Notes: generated from the sequence alone by a model not told the origin. A stretch of 62,338 nucleotides of DNA, filler included, from Chiloscyllium plagiosum (GCF_004010195.1; 4 parts of one record of this genome joined end to end with filler, not necessarily neighbours in it); one strand, 5' to 3'. Positions 26,100 to 40,339 are shown, counted from the first letter of the whole stretch. Translations and numbers: made by a program.

Positions 26100-27700
26100 A
26101 GACACACAGAACAAAATCTGGTTCACAAATACTCAGGTAAAGGCAGGAAAGGTAGTTTTAAGTTAGATACCATGGGGGGGGAGGGTGTGGTATTGATCCT
26201 TTTGAATGTTATGCTAGATTGAGGCCAAGAACCCTTAGGCTATTTTCCATTCATCTTTGGTGCTCAGGACAGTAATAAAAGCAAGATGAAGGGCCAGACG
26301 TATGCCTCACTTGGTTACAATGGAAGAGAGGCTACAGATTTTTGTACATGAGTTCTAATTATTATAATCTTGTGGGTTGTTTGCATAGCTTAATAAGTGC
26401 TTTGGGTAGCAGACTTGAAAGAAACTCCAGCCATTGTGTGATAAGAAGACGGGACAGATCCTCCATTTCTCTCAATTCAGAAACTGAAAATGGCAGGGAA
26501 AGAAGGCACCAAAGACAGTGATCAGCAACTGGAGGGTATTTTGGACAGTGGTTCCTTGTTTCAGTGTGTAATTATTTCCTTCTCTGTAATTATATAATCT
26601 GTCTATTTATCAGCATCTGAAAAATTAAACCTTCTTGTATCTTTAGATTTAAGTGGCACTGTCCCTGAAAACCAGCTGCTTCTTCTAAGGGGCATCCACC
26701 ATTCTTGAAGAACATGAAGAAGTAGTAATGTTATAGCCAGAACCAGCCAACAAAGTTCAGAAACTACAGCATCATAGATGAAGAAGTTCTTCCCAGTGTG
26801 GAAAACCAGATCACTGCTGGGAGGCAAGGAAGTAACCTTATAATTATAAATGAAAGCAAAGGAAGCTTCAAAATTTTTGCAGCGAGGAAAATGGCCACAA
26901 TATTTGAGATTGCTAGAAATTGAAGTTAGAAAGGAATCTTTAATCATGCAAGATACAGGTCTCAGAGCTACAAAGTAAATTCAGATCCATTGAAGGTTCA
27001 AGTAAGGTTTATGGAGCCACATGTAGATGGACAGAAGCCAATATTGTGGAACACTCTGTGTAATCATTCACAAAGAACATCGATGTGAGCGTCACACCTT
27101 TAAAGAAACCTTCAGTACTCTGAAGAGGCACATCAAGAAGAAGTACAACAACTGCAAGTTGCTAATTTAAAAGCTATTCAGAGAAAAAGAGATCATTAAT
27201 TTCAAAGTGGACCATGTTAATATGCAAAATATGAAATTGTTGATCTGCAGTTGGAGGCTACAAGACAAACCCATCAGCAAGCTGTGGGAGCGAGAGAGTC
27301 AGTTCAGCCAACAGTCTATAAAACCAAAATATTGAGTTTCTGGAGACAGAGACTGCCTTGACAAAGTTTAAAGTTGAACATTGAAATGAATTTGAACAGA
27401 ACAAAGCTTAAGAGAAATTAGCTCAGCCTTTCTCAGTGAGATTACTGAAGTACAAGTTTAGCTATTAGCAGTCAAACAGCACAATTATGTTTGGCAGGCT
27501 GAAAGTAAGAGCCTTGTAGAAGGTTTACAAACATCAAGCAACCAAGGTTCTCACCCAAATGTCTTAACACAGAGATACACTGTTGAAGGAAAACATGTCT
27601 CTGTTGCAGAAATGTTAAGAACTCCAAGAACAGAGTGAACCATTAACTGAAGAAAAATTTTCTGGTATTGTTAATGAGCAATAGTCTACTGTTTCAAGAG
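26100..27700 (+). mobile_element. Possible highly degraded Gypsy-like LTR retrotransposon internal region
   Basis: Scattered motif-like remnants in PR-RT-IN order: GILDSGS (~26535), VRFMEPHVDGQKP (~27002) and TSSNQGSHPNVLTQRY (~27531). There is no long ORF. Confidence 0.35.
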
Positions 27701-27734
27701 GAAAACCTGGATAGGAAGGGCAGCAATCTTCAAA

Positions 27735-27845
27735 TAAAAGCAAACTACTGCAAATTCGAAACAAAACGGAAAATGCTGAAGAAACTTATTAGGTCTGGCA
27801 GCAGCTATGGAAAGAGAAACAGAGTTCATATTTCAAATCCATGAA
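27735..27845 (-). mobile_element. Old PLE 3' arm (family B-like)
   Basis: Similar to 6086-6213. Confidence 0.5.
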
Positions 27846-28397
27846 GGGATGGGGACAATGGAATAAAATAGTTCAATATTCATAATTAAACGTTATTGGT
27901 AAAAATGGGCATTATAACAGAACTTGAGGTGTGATGTGGAGTAAAATGAATGATTTTCAGTGAGGTTAGTGAGCATGCATGAAAGAGCTATACTATAGTG
28001 ATGTCGGATCACATGCACATGGAGTCTGGGCCTGTTGCTGTTCACCAGTAAGAGTGTAAATCTTATGTTACTTTATAGACAGAGATCATGTGGCTCACCA
28101 TTTTTGTGCTAGCCAAAAAAGAACTTTTAAGTAATTTAGGTCATATTTGGCATTTTTAAAAGTCATTTTAGTCCATGAAAGTCCTCAGCTTAACTAAATG
28201 ATGAAAGTTAAAATTTGATAGTTCATAGCTACCATTATCAAAACAAAATACATTATCCTTCCTGTTATTTCCTCAAAGCATTCAACAAACCCAGACACAA
28301 TCTTCCCTTAACAAATCCATGCTGACTATCTTTGATTGATTCATACTTTTCAATTTATACCATCTCTCAGAAATTTTCCAATCATTCGTCTCACCCT

Positions 28398-28520
28398 TAA
28401 AAAGCCCTTATCGAAATCACTAATTACATGCTTCGTAATTATGACGGTGACAAAATAACTCACTTTATTCTTTGTGATCTATCTTCAGCTTTCAAGACAG
28501 TTGAGTTCTCCATCGTTTAC
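28398..28520 (+). mobile_element. L2-clade LINE RT fragment
   Basis: Translates to KALIEITNYML...ILCDLSSAFKTV, resembling ETAL..VTND.L...LLDLSAAFDTV. Confidence 0.55.
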
Positions 28521-28699
28521 ATATCTAAGTAAAGGTTACTTGAACATTTGGAGTTAGTGCCCATGTTTGTGGTGCCTCAGATAGCCAGTTAACCTACTAT
28601 TCTGACAGGGAAATCTCAGGTTCAAATTCAAATGCAACAAGTTCACCAAAGAATGTTCAGGCTTTAACAATAAGGGCAACTTGAAAATAATTGCAAACA

Positions 28700-29190
28700 C
28701 AGTCCCTAATCACGAAAGGAGGGAGACAGAAAACTGGAAATTATAAGTCAGTTAGTCTGACATCAGCATTTGGGAAAATTCTAGAATCCATTATTAAGGA
28801 GGTAGTTGTAGGACATTTAGAAAATCAGAACACAATCGGCAGAATGACTTTTTTTTTACATAAAAGAAATTTGTTTGATGAATTTATTACAGTTCTTTGA
28901 AGATGTAACCTGTTGGGTGGATAGAAGAGAACTGGTGGATTTGTTGTTCTTGGAGTTCCAAAAAGACATTTAATAAGGTGCAAGGTAAAAGCTTATTTTA
29001 TAGAGCTTATTGATTTAGGGGTAACATGAGCATAGATAGAAGGTTGGCTAACTGATGGGAAACAGACAGTTGAGATAAATTGGTCATTTCCAGATAGGCA
29101 AACTGTAACTAGTTGATGGCACTATGATCAATGTTGTAAGTTCAACTATTAACAATCCATACTCAACATCAAATTTATTGATAACTCTAA
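28700..29190 (+). mobile_element. Degraded CR1 RT fragment
   Basis: KGGRQKTGNYKSVSLTSAFGKILESII (ORF 28691-28900). Confidence 0.85.
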
Positions 29191-29269
29191 AATACCATTG
29201 CTAGCCTTAACAAATGCCTAGCAACATTTTGTGGAATCCAAACTTAACTGGTATGAGAAGACAAACAAA

Positions 29270-29380
29270 ATCGTAACAAGCATAGCAAATACTGGAGAAA
29301 CTCAGCAAGTCTAGCATTATCAGTAGAGAGAGAGAAACAATGCTAATGTTTTGAGTCTGGCATGACTTTACTTCAGAAAT
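29270..29380 (-). mobile_element. Old PLE 3' arm (family B-like)
   Basis: ctggagaaactcagcaagtctagc...atgactttacttcagaa. Confidence 0.5.
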
Positions 29381-31453
29381 GAAAAGTGTTGGAAAAATTA
29401 ACTTTTAATAATTTTGACAAAGACAGAGGTTCAAAAGATTCCACCCTGCACTTTGAATCAAATTTTTGCACTTTTGCCCTTTTATTGACTTATATGGCTA
29501 GCTTTATAATGCTTCTCTGAAGCATATTTGGATGTTTTATTGCATTAAAGGAACTTTATAAATGCAAGTTGTTGTTCATGGAGGTAAGAAGCAGGATCTC
29601 AGATTGAATTTTCTCACTCTTCATCCAGGGATGATATGTTAATTGTATCACCTTCCAATGCTGCAATCAATTTAATCAGCACATACTGAAAATCAAACTT
29701 GGTGCTTTGTATTGTTTAAAGTCAGAGCATGGCCTGAGTTTTTATTTCTGGCTTGGGAAATGATAGGTGGGTATGGCTACAAATTCTGAAACTCACGCCA
29801 CGTCCAAGTTGCATTCCTACCGCTTTATTTTATCTTGAGATACATGGGTGGGGATGGGTCAAGTCACAAGTGCAATTCAGTGAAGGAGGGTGAGTTCAGA
29901 GGCAAGCAAGTAAGAAAGCATTGTACATTTGAACTTACTGAAAAACAGCTCTTTGCTCTCCCTGATCCTATTTCTGCCTCTATCAGCAGACAGAATCCAA
30001 CTCCAAATGTTGAACTTACCCACAGTAACCTTTTACATATCATTTACCATTCCATTATGCTCTCTCCTAATTTCTTTATAATGACAAATGGTTTGAGCAT
30101 TTACACGTCTGTGTTGTCATTTTAATGGTAATTAATCTTCACATTTCTTTCCATCCATTTGAATTGGCACTTCTAATACCAGGTTCCTTACTATCACACC
30201 TCAGCCTATATTCCCTGTGATGCTGTCAGATACCTCTCAAACCAGACTGCCTGCAACCAATATATCACTCTGTCTCACACTCAACATTGCTCAGGTTGGC
30301 ATATCAGCAAAATACAGGATAAATGATGTCCTCACTACATCCATTAGAGCAAAGCTTTGTATGAACTATTACTGCAGAACATCCCCTCTGTAAGGAATTT
30401 CTAACACCACAGTTTTACTGAACTGTCTGAAGAAAGTGAAATATCACTTGAAAATTGAGCATTAAAACAGTTGCCTGTCATAGAGTGTGTATAAACTGTC
30501 AAAGATATGAAATAATTAAAAGCATATTTGTATAAAAAAGATGAAATATATGACAAATATGTCTCCTAGTGGTTGTCACTGGACCAGTCCTCCTTTATCC
30601 CAAAACTTTGATGTTGCATTAAGATTGTGCAATGACAGACTTGATTGCAACTTAACTCCGTATAGTTTACGTATTTAATACATCAACAACTGTTTGTAAG
30701 GCTGCAATAAATGAGATTAATTTTCTGACTTTCTAAGGAGAAATCAATAATTTATGATGGTTCTAAAATTAACATTTTTTTCTGATTGCTTGCCAGTAAG
30801 TATCGCTGTTTATGACTATTCTAGTTGAACAACAGTTTTAAAGATATTTCTTCAGCTTATCTTTCATCCTGTTATATTATCCAGCCTGAGAGGGCCCTCT
30901 TAATTTATTTCCCAAAGTTGCATTTTGAGTGACTTTATGTCTCTAATGTTAAACTAAACGTTTGGGTGAAGATTTGTAGCTCGGGTGCTCGTTGTTGTGG
31001 TTCTGTTCGCCGAGCTGGAAATTTTTGTTGCAAACATTTCGTCCCCTGTCTAGGTGACATCCTCAGTGCTTGGGAGCCTCCTGTGAAGTGCTTCTGTGGT
31101 GTTTCCTCCGGTATTTATAGTGGCCTGTCCCTGCCGCTTCCGGTTGTCAGTTTCAGCTGTCTGCTGTAGTGGCCGGTATATTGGGTCCAGGTCGATGTGT
31201 TTGTTGATGGAGTTTGTGGATGAGTGCCATGCTTCTAGGAATTCCCTGGCTGTTCTTTGTTTGGCTTGCCCTATAATCCGCATCCATGAACATCAACTAG
31301 CCACAAAACACCACGACCAGCTATCCTTAGTAGCCACACACGCAGACAACAAGCAACATGAATTCGACTGGGACAACACTACCATTATAGGGCAAGCCAA
31401 ACAAAGAACAGCCAGAGAATTCCTAGAAGCATGGCACTCATCCACAAACACCA

Positions 31454-31553
31454 NNNNNNNNNNNNNNNNNNNNNNNNNNNNNNNNNNNNNNNNNNNNTTA
31501 ATTAATTAANNNNNNNNNNNNNNNNNNNNNNNNNNNNNNNNNNNNNNNNNNNN
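31454..31553. other. Artificial scaffold linker N44-TTAATTAATTAA-N44
   Basis: The identical 100-nt construct occurs three times. Confidence 0.97.
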
Positions 31554-32147
31554 TCAGTGCTTGGGAGCCTCCTGCGAAGCACTTCTTTGATGTTTCCTCC
31601 GGTGTTTATAGTGGCCTGTCCCTGCCGCTTTCCGGTTGTCAGTTTCAGCTGTCCACTTTAGTGGCCGGTATATTGGGTCCAGGTCTATGTGTTTGTTGAT
31701 GGAGTTTGTGGATGAGTGCCATGCTTCTAGGAATTCCCTGGCTGTTCTTTGTTTGGCTTGCCCTATAATGGTAGTGTTGTCCCAGTCGAATTCATGTTGC
31801 TTGTCGTCTGCGTGTGTGGCTACTAAGGATAGCTGGTCGTGGCGTTTCGTGGCTAGTTGATGTTCATGGATGCGGATCGTTAGCTGTCTTCCTGTTTGTC
31901 CTATATAGCCATGACCAGCTATCCTGGGACAACACTACCATTATAGGGCAAGCCAAACAAAGAACAGCCAGGGAATTCCTAGAAGCATGGCACTCATCCA
32001 CAAACTCCATCAACAAATACATCGACCTGGACCCAATATACCAGCCACTACAGCGGACAGCTGAAACTGACAACTGGAAGCGGCAGGGACAGGCCACTAT
32101 AAATGCCGGAGGAAACACCACAGAAGCGCTTCACAGGAAACTCCCAA

Positions 32148-32187
32148 GCACTGAGGATGTCACCTAGACAGGGGACGAAACGTTTGC
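32148..32187 (+). ncRNA. Minimal type-I hammerhead ribozyme motif
   Basis: GCA-CTGAGGA-tGTCACCtagacaGGGGAC-GAAA-CG-TT^TGC. An antisense counterpart lies at ~31030-31069. Confidence 0.78.
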
Positions 32188-35100
32188 AAGTTAAACTAAA
32201 AGGTCAAACCTTGTAAGTATTTTTCATGCAAGTCAAATCACTGCTCTTTTAAACAATAATAATAAAGTGCAATATTTAAGCTAGATCTTTATTAAAATAT
32301 GTAAGTATAAAAATAATAAAATCCTGTTAGGCTAGACATGTATTGACATTATTGTGGAAATGCCAGTTCTAATTATAATAGTTCATAACATGTTCTCAAA
32401 CTGCATTGGACTGGTAATATTTTAAGCTGACTTATTCTTACATTTATAAATCTTTCCTTATTTTTCTGGTGAAGCCAAACATTATTTATTTTGGATTTTT
32501 GAGAGTTAGTGAGAATGCTGTTGCTTCTTGCCAGATCAATCAACATTACTTTAAATGATAAATAACTGATGCATTTGCAGAAGAGATCTTAAGTATTTGT
32601 ACGTTTGTCAATCAAATTTCAGATTGTTAACTATATTCAGAAACAAAAGAGGCCAGTGCTTGGTTCCCCAAAGTGCTTGACTTTGAATCATTGCCCAATT
32701 TGAAAAGTTGCAACAACTGCAACCTTTTGATTCCCGATCATAAAAAGGCACTTTACAATTCACAAGGGTGGAAAGAATACCATAAAATTTTTGACTTTAT
32801 CTCCAGGATATGGCAGTAAGGCCCACAGAGATCATATTTAGAAAAGAAAAGCAGACTTTCAGTTGAACTGAAGTTGTAGAATGGACATCTTTGCAATGGG
32901 GGAGCTTGCCGAAAGTATCATTAGTAGCAGTATTAGTGTTTCAAAATTATAATTTGTGATTTTTTTAAAAGAAGGATAAATAGTAACAATATGCATTGCT
33001 AAATTCATTCAGAATTTAAAGTCAAGAAACCATAAAATGTCATTATTTGTTCATTTATAATCAATAATAACAACAATTTTCAAAAATGTAAGAAACTTTT
33101 CAAGAAATATTATCATGAACTCAAGTTAGTTACCTCTGCTAAACAGTGTGAATATTATACAGGACTTGACACTTATTGTCTTTTATCCCTTCATACAATG
33201 AAAAAATTGAACTCTTTTGGCTCCCTAAACTGAAAATTCATGAGTTATGCATGCTTTTATTACCAATTTCTCCAAAGGCAAAATGGAGCTCGATGAGGTA
33301 AAGCATTAAATTATTTCTTACATAGGTGAATTGACAGGGCAGAGATTATGATTTACTTATTCAATTGATAAATTCAATGGCCTCCCAGTTGCCAAGGATA
33401 AACGTACTTTTAGATTCTAACAGGAACAAGCTTGTCCCTCAAGCTTGTTCTGCCATTCAATCAGATTAAAGCCATTTGGTATCTTAATTGCAACTACATG
33501 CATTTGTTCAGTAATCCACAGTGCCTTTGCTGAGCAAAAATCTGTTGATTCCAGTTTTATAGGGGCTGGTGGATATGTGACCCAGGCAGGTCCGCCACAT
33601 TCAAATGCAGATTGGAAGAGACCACAGAGGCTGATGAGTGCTGAGGTAGGCTGGTCTAAAGGCCTGGTTCTGTGGTATTCCATTCCAATTGTTTTGTTTA
33701 ATATTAGGACCTCTAGGGCTCATGTCTCAATTCCATCAGGCACCCACCTTCAGTCTATGCCCATTGAATGCCAATATATTCTCCTCACCCACACACTGGA
33801 TCCTTATTGCCCCTGTACCAATTTAGATTCAACATATGCCAATTTATAAGCATTCTCGTGGTCTCTTATAGCCAATATATCAACCTAGTTCCATCTCTAG
33901 GCATTTCATGAACTCTATACACCACCCTTGACCTTGCACTCTTCATGCCAACTCATCCAATACCTACCATGTGTAGATCTCAGGGGCATGCAGGGATGAA
34001 ATAAACAAAGTCATAAATATCTAGGACAGACTAAACTATATGAAAAAGATATACACTCATGAAAGCTCATTCAATGTATTTACATTTCTTCAAGCCCTTA
34101 ATCCTTTATAAATACAACCCTTTTAATTCATAACCTCCAATCAAGGACAGGTACTCCTTTAATAATAATGTCAGAGCTGTCAATCATTATGTGAAATTAA
34201 GGTGCCTCACTGTGATAATGATAAGTTGTGGTTGCAGCTCAGCAGTGTTAATGCTGTATTGATATCCGTTAGGGTAATGTCGTCAAACACCTATTGAAAT
34301 TGCAAGGACAGAAGTTTTTTTTTCCAATTTTCATATGACAGGCTATTTAAATAATGTGACATCTTGACCTTATCCAAACTTTAGAAACATTGAACACAGC
34401 ATAGGTTTAAATGAGTCTCCTGAGTTCAGGTTTCTCACAAATGTGAGCTACATCCTGCCCTTGTTGCCCTAACATGATAGGTCAGAAATTGGAATAGGAC
34501 TTCCAGATCTAGGTTCACAGTGCCAGCTTGAATAGGCTGTGGAACCTCCACGAAGCCACAAATATCTCGGCAAGGGTAGTTAAGTAGAGGACTGTGGGAA
34601 ATGTTAAATTTGAAGTAGAGGACTGTGGGAAATGTTAAATGAGAATGAAGTAAGATTTATGAGGAAAAGAAAGCATTACGGTTGACATTTAATGTAGAAC
34701 ATGATACAATGTTATTTAATGTAGAACATATTTTGTGTACAATTTATGAAGGATGACAGAGGTTGGCTACTAAAGAGAACTTTTGAGCCATCTTCAGGTG
34801 CTAAAGGAATACATAATGATTTTGTCAACTGAAAGGTTGAGATCTAGAAAGATATTGCAAAGGAAAAAATCTTGGGAATAAGTGAATTTGGGGTTTGAAG
34901 ATCAATTCAGGATTAAGCAGGAAGCCAATATTGTGGTGAGGTTCACCTTGAGATCATGACTGAGGACAGGTCTATAATTGTCTGGAATGAAATTAATAAA
35001 AATAAAATTAGGAGAGATGTAAAATCAATGCTGTTTCACTATGATTCCCTTCACACTAATTAACAAAGTTAAAATCTTTTCAGGAGGAGATCAGAGATTC

Positions 35101-35683
35101 AGAGCTGATTAGAGAAGAAAGGCAATGTTTAAAGGATTCAATCTTTTTTAAAAATCAACCTGCTTAAGTATCTTATTGGACACCTCTGGAACATGTGAGA
35201 CTGGAACCCAGGTTGCCAAGCTCAGAGATAGGGCCTTACCATCCTGCACCACAAGAGCGCCTAAGTGTTTATTGATTACTCATTGCTTAGAATTATCAAC
35301 AGATAGTGCCTGAATCTCGAGATAATTGGAGAAAAAACTGTATAGGATTGAGGAGATATAAATTGAATGACATATACAAATTTAAACTCTGTCATAATGT
35401 CTTGTATGAAATTTTCCAGTGGTCTTTCAACATTTCTTGGGAATATAGAACGCATAATTAGATCAGAGCACTCCACCTTTTACATAAAAGCTAAGCATAG
35501 ACTATAATTAAGGATCAATGGCATGGGACACTTTGCATACCAGATGAAAAATCTCACTGGTCCCCAACCTACTTTTAATTTTTAAAATTTTCAATGATAA
35601 TTAACATTTAAAAGAATGAGACTGCATATTTACAAAAGTTCATTGTCAGTCCCAAAAATATTGTTTGGCAGAATTCTAGAATG

Positions 35684-35897
35684 AGGCGAAAGTGAGGACT
35701 GCAGATGCTGGAGATTAGAGCCAAGAGTGTGATGCTGGAAAAGCACAGCAGGTCAGGCAGCATCCGAGGAGCAGGAGAATCGACGTTTCGGGCAAAAACC
35801 CTTTATTCCTCAAGAAGGGCTTTTGCCCGAAAGGTCAATTTTCCTGCTCCTCGTGTGCTGCCTGACCTGCTGTGCTTTTCCAGCATCACACTCTTGA
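35684..35897. mobile_element. Fold-back PLE derivative (family A)
   Basis: Inverted arms centred near 35805. Perfect 15-bp TSD cagaattctagaatg at 35669-35683 and 35898-35912. Confidence 0.92.
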
Positions 35898-36359
35898 CAG
35901 AATTCTAGAATGGATAAGTCCATGTTTTCCTGCTGAATTCAGTATATGTCTTTTGCCCAAGTTAATTAAGTTCATGTTGCTCGATGTTCGACAATGATAC
36001 TCTCATTACAATACTATTATAGTATAATTTCTGGATGAGCTGGGTAGCCTGGACCTCATTTTTGCAGTTAACTGCAGTTAATATGTCTTTGCCAGATATT
36101 TTCTTTTATTCACTCATGGGATGTAGGTGCCATTGGTAGGGCCAGAAACCATTGCCCATCACTAATTGCGTTCGAGAAGGTGGTGGTGAGCTGCCTTCTT
36201 GAATTCTGAAGTCCATTTAGTATAGGTAGACCCATTATATCATTAGGAAGTTTCAGGATTTTGACCCAGTAACACTGAAGGAATGGCGATATCTTTCCAA
36301 GGCTGGTTGGTGAGTGGCTTGGAGGGGAGGTTGCTGCCTAACATACAATTGAGAAATGT

Positions 36360-36476
36360 CGAGAGTATGGTGCTGGAAAAGCACACAGGTCAGGCAGCAT
36401 CTGAGAAGCAGGAGAATCGACATTTCAGGCAAAATCCCTTCATCAGGGATTCCTGATGTAGTCCTCACTTTCTCCT
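36360..36476. mobile_element. Internally deleted fold-back PLE derivative (family A)
   Basis: catcaggga/ttcctgatg inversion centre. 13-bp TSD aattgagaaatgt at 36347-36359 and 36477-36489. Confidence 0.85.
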
Positions 36477-38399
36477 AATTGAGAAATGTGAATATTGTTT
36501 ACCTCACCTTGCTAATTGTACCAAAGTCCAGATCAATTTGGTTTCCATATGGATCTGGTGAATATTCAAAAAGATTTAGGCATTTGACTTTTTATTTTAA
36601 TTGTGTATCTAGGTAAGACAAGACACACGTAGTTTTTCTGCCAAAAATATTCTTTGGGACTTTGGGATTAAATACACTCTTTATGGTTATAGTCCTTTTG
36701 AACAAGAAGATGGAATCTTTGATTAAAACTCATCTAACAGTCATTGTTTCTGACAGTGTGGTTGCATCCTCTCATGCTTTGAGTGATTTGTTGTTCGGTA
36801 CACTTTCAAACCTTCTTATTCAAACTTGAACTCCTAAACCTCTGATGCAGAGCTGAGAACAGATGTTTTCAACAGGCTTTATACAAATGGACTGGGTGTA
36901 ACCTGAGCCATCATACTACCAGTTATTGCGTGAGTTTTACGGATATTGTGTAATTGGAAAAATATTCATATTGTTTTCATATCTTAGTCCTTGCCAAGTG
37001 ACACTTAACATCTTGATAGAGTTGTAGCTTTTTTGCATATAGACAATTATTCCTAAACCATAGTAATACTTAAAAGTTATTTGAAAAGATGTACTTTTAT
37101 TTTAGATATATTCTTCTCATTTACATAATTACAATAGGTTATTCACAAAGTATATTTGTGATCTGCAAAGAGGAATTATTTGCTAAAGATATATAATCAA
37201 CTCAAAGACACAGCGTTTATTTGTTTTATTATTCATACTGCACTATTTTTCCCCAAAGAAACAAGAGAAACTTCCAAAGCTTGAAAGTGCTACACACAAG
37301 GGCCACAAGGTTTACTCCAAAGAGAACATTTAAATTTCATTGGAACATAAAAGATGCCATCTGAAAGTTTCTGTGGGAGGCCCAGTTGGTCTTAATGGTT
37401 GGACCTCATTCAAGGGCTGTCAGCTCATTCCCTGATCAAAGCAGGCATAAAGAAACATTAAGCCACAACAAGAGCAATTTTTATTTACACAATCTTTACT
37501 ACAATGAAATGTCCTAAGGTGCTTCAGAGGAACATTATAACATCATGTAAAATTACGTAAAAAGATATTAGGTCAGAAGGCCACTAGCTTAGTCAAAGAG
37601 ATTAGTTTTAAGAAGTGCCTTAAGGAAGGAAAATGTCGTGAGAAGCGGAGAGTTAATTTCAGAGCTTGGGGCCCAGCCAACTGAAGGCTAGGCCACCGAT
37701 GGTTGTCAATGAGCAAGAAGCTCTAATGAAAGGATTTCAGATATCTTGGAGGACTGAGGGAATGGTGGCGATTATGGAGATAGAGAGGACCTGGACCATA
37801 GACATAGTTGAACATGAAGATAAGAATTTTAAAGTCAAGTCATTGTTTGACCAGGAGTCAATACAAGAAGAAGCATAATAAGAGAAGGAGAATTGGTGCA
37901 AGTGATACCATCAGCATGGGTTCAATTCCTGCATCAGCTGATCATTAGGGAATCTTGAATCCTTACCTTGTCTGGCCTACATGTGACTCCAGACCTACAG
38001 CGATAGGCAATTAGGAAAGGGCAATAAATGCTGACTTGGCCAGTGACACCCTCATCCCGCCAATGGATAAAGGAAAAAAAGATTCCAGCTAATCTATTTG
38101 TGTTTTGAATTCAATCTTCCCATTTACCCCCGCTAGCATTTGATTACTGTGCCTATCAGGGACATATCCACAACCACTTTAAACATATTCAATTAGAGCA
38201 ATTCTACTGAAGCAGGGAGCTCTAAAATCCCTCCATTGCCTCACTTCTCCTTATTATGGTCATCTCCTCCAATTCTACAATCCTGTGAGATATCTGCACT
38301 GCTCCAATATTGACCTTTATGCATCTCTGGTTCTTCTCCCTGTGGGTAAAAGAAAACGCTTCATCTCCAAATTAAAAAGTAAGGAATGTCTTTTCCCAT

Positions 38400-38990
38400 C
38401 TACCTTTAAAAGACCTTCAGGATTTTATGCACTTCAATTAAGACATCCCTCTCTTTTCTAAACTCCAGTAGAAGCAAGTCCAGCCTGTTCAAACTATCCT
38501 GATAAGAAAACCCACTCATTCCAGATATCAATCTAGTAAACATCCTCTGAACTGCCTCTAACATATTTACGTATTTCATTAACAAGGAGACCAAAACTGC
38601 ATACAGTGTTCAAGACATGGTCTCATTAATACCCTGTATAACTGAAGCATAACATCCTTAGTTTTGTAACCAAAACAGAAATTGTGGGAGAAACTCAACA
38701 GATCTGGCAGCATCTGTGAAGAGAAAGCAGTGGTAATATTTTGAGTCCACTGACCCTGCTTCAGAACTGCAGGGCTTCTCTTGCAATTTCTGTTTTTGTT
38801 TCAGATTTGCAGCATCTTCAGTTCATTGTTTTAGTTTATCCTTACTTTTATGTTCAATTCCTCTCATAATAAAGGCTAGGATCCCATGAGTCCCCTTAAC
38901 TATCTGATGCATACGAACATCTTGTGACTCATACAGCAGAACACTTAGATCACTGCACCTTGAAATTCTGCAGTCTTTCTCCTTTGCCAA
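38400..38990 (-). mobile_element. Degraded CR1 fragment
   Basis: LEAVQRMFTRLISGM...DVLIEVHKILK (ORF 38406-38594). Confidence 0.8.
38666..38837. mobile_element. Fold-back PLE derivative (family B) nested in CR1
   Basis: aaaacagaaattg / caatttctgtttt arms. Flanks atccttagtttt (38654-38665) and atccttactttt (38838-38849). Confidence 0.75.
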
Positions 38991-40339
38991 ACATATGCTC
39001 ACCAGAAAATCAGAATCAGGGAAAAACCCAGACTAGATGCAAGTGATGGTGAGAGATGGGGTGAGGTCACGAGGGATAGGTATAAGAGTGTCTGCAACAA
39101 GAGCAAGGGCAAGGGGTCAGATCTCAGCAGATCTTTCCTCACACCAGCTATGCCAGATATACGATCTTCTAACCAGAGATTCCCCGCCCCATAAATCACA
39201 ATCAATCCACACAATTTTACATGTCATGCTCTACCCATGACAGTGGGTCACCTGCTGAAGGCCCACCTAGTGACTGTAGGAACAGACTCTTAACTAGGCT
39301 TTAGTTGTCCACTTAAGGATGTCAATTCGTGGTGGTGTGGGAAAGCTGTTATCGCCTTCCTGCCACAGATATAATTGAAGTGGAGGAAGGAAGGTGCTGA
39401 GGTCACCACACATCACATCTTGTACAATTCAAAGAGAGCGGAATACCCTTTTGTTCGTGATTTTTGTTTACTTTCTTCTTTCTCGTGCTAAGTAAACATT
39501 GAGTCGGATTTTGTTAAAAAGAAAATGGTGAAACTTTAAGCACTGATTATTAATTGTATTCAAATTGAAGAGCAACTGTGGTTAAACACAGTAGGTTGCA
39601 GTTTGAGCTTCTCTGCTTCACCAAAAGTGACATTTCACACCTGACTTATCATTCAAATACATTAAATTTGAAGAATTTGAATGTGTGGCCCATAGTACTT
39701 TCTGTGCAAAAGCTCATAGAGAGTCTGGAGATAAAAGCAAGTCCAATCATCACCATCATGGAAGCCAGTCTTCAATCAACTCAATTTACTTGTCGAGTTA
39801 AAGGGATAAAGTAAAGGTTATGGATTATAATAGCATCTCATCGGCTAGTGCTGTAATCTTTTTATGCCAGAGCTGGCTGTGGTTCTAGTTAAGCTGTTCC
39901 ATTATAGCTATTCACAGGCACTGACTCAACTGTCTAGAAAATTGTCCAGGTATATCCTGTTCAAACTCAATCTGATAAATCAAATGCATCCAATTAAAAC
40001 CTCCAACATTCTACTCTCAATTGGCAACTGAGTGATTTGTATTGTTTACATTGCAATCAAGTGACATTTACTCAGCAAAAAAAAACTGCTCATTAAATCT
40101 TAGTTTCCTCCTGACCTCATAGCACATATTTGGATGAAGGCTGAAAAGATTGTGATTCCAAAGGTGAGGTAACAGTAGTTGTCCTTGATCTTAAGCATTT
40201 GACCAAATGTGGCCTCAAAAAACCAAACAAAATTGAAGTCTTTGGGAATCAGGGCAAGTTCTTCACTGGCTGTTAGTCACACCTAGCAGAAAGGAAGATA
40301 GTTGCAGCTATTGATATAATTCAACTGGAAGCAACTCAT

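Larger units (their letters stand above)
30959..32189. mobile_element. Penelope-like retroelement (family C, younger), doubly inverted composite
   Basis: Alternating -/+/-/+ arms encoding RIHEHQLATKHHDQLSLVATHAD...AREFLEAWHS. TSD gttaaactaaa at 30948-30958 and 32190-32200. Confidence 0.9.
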
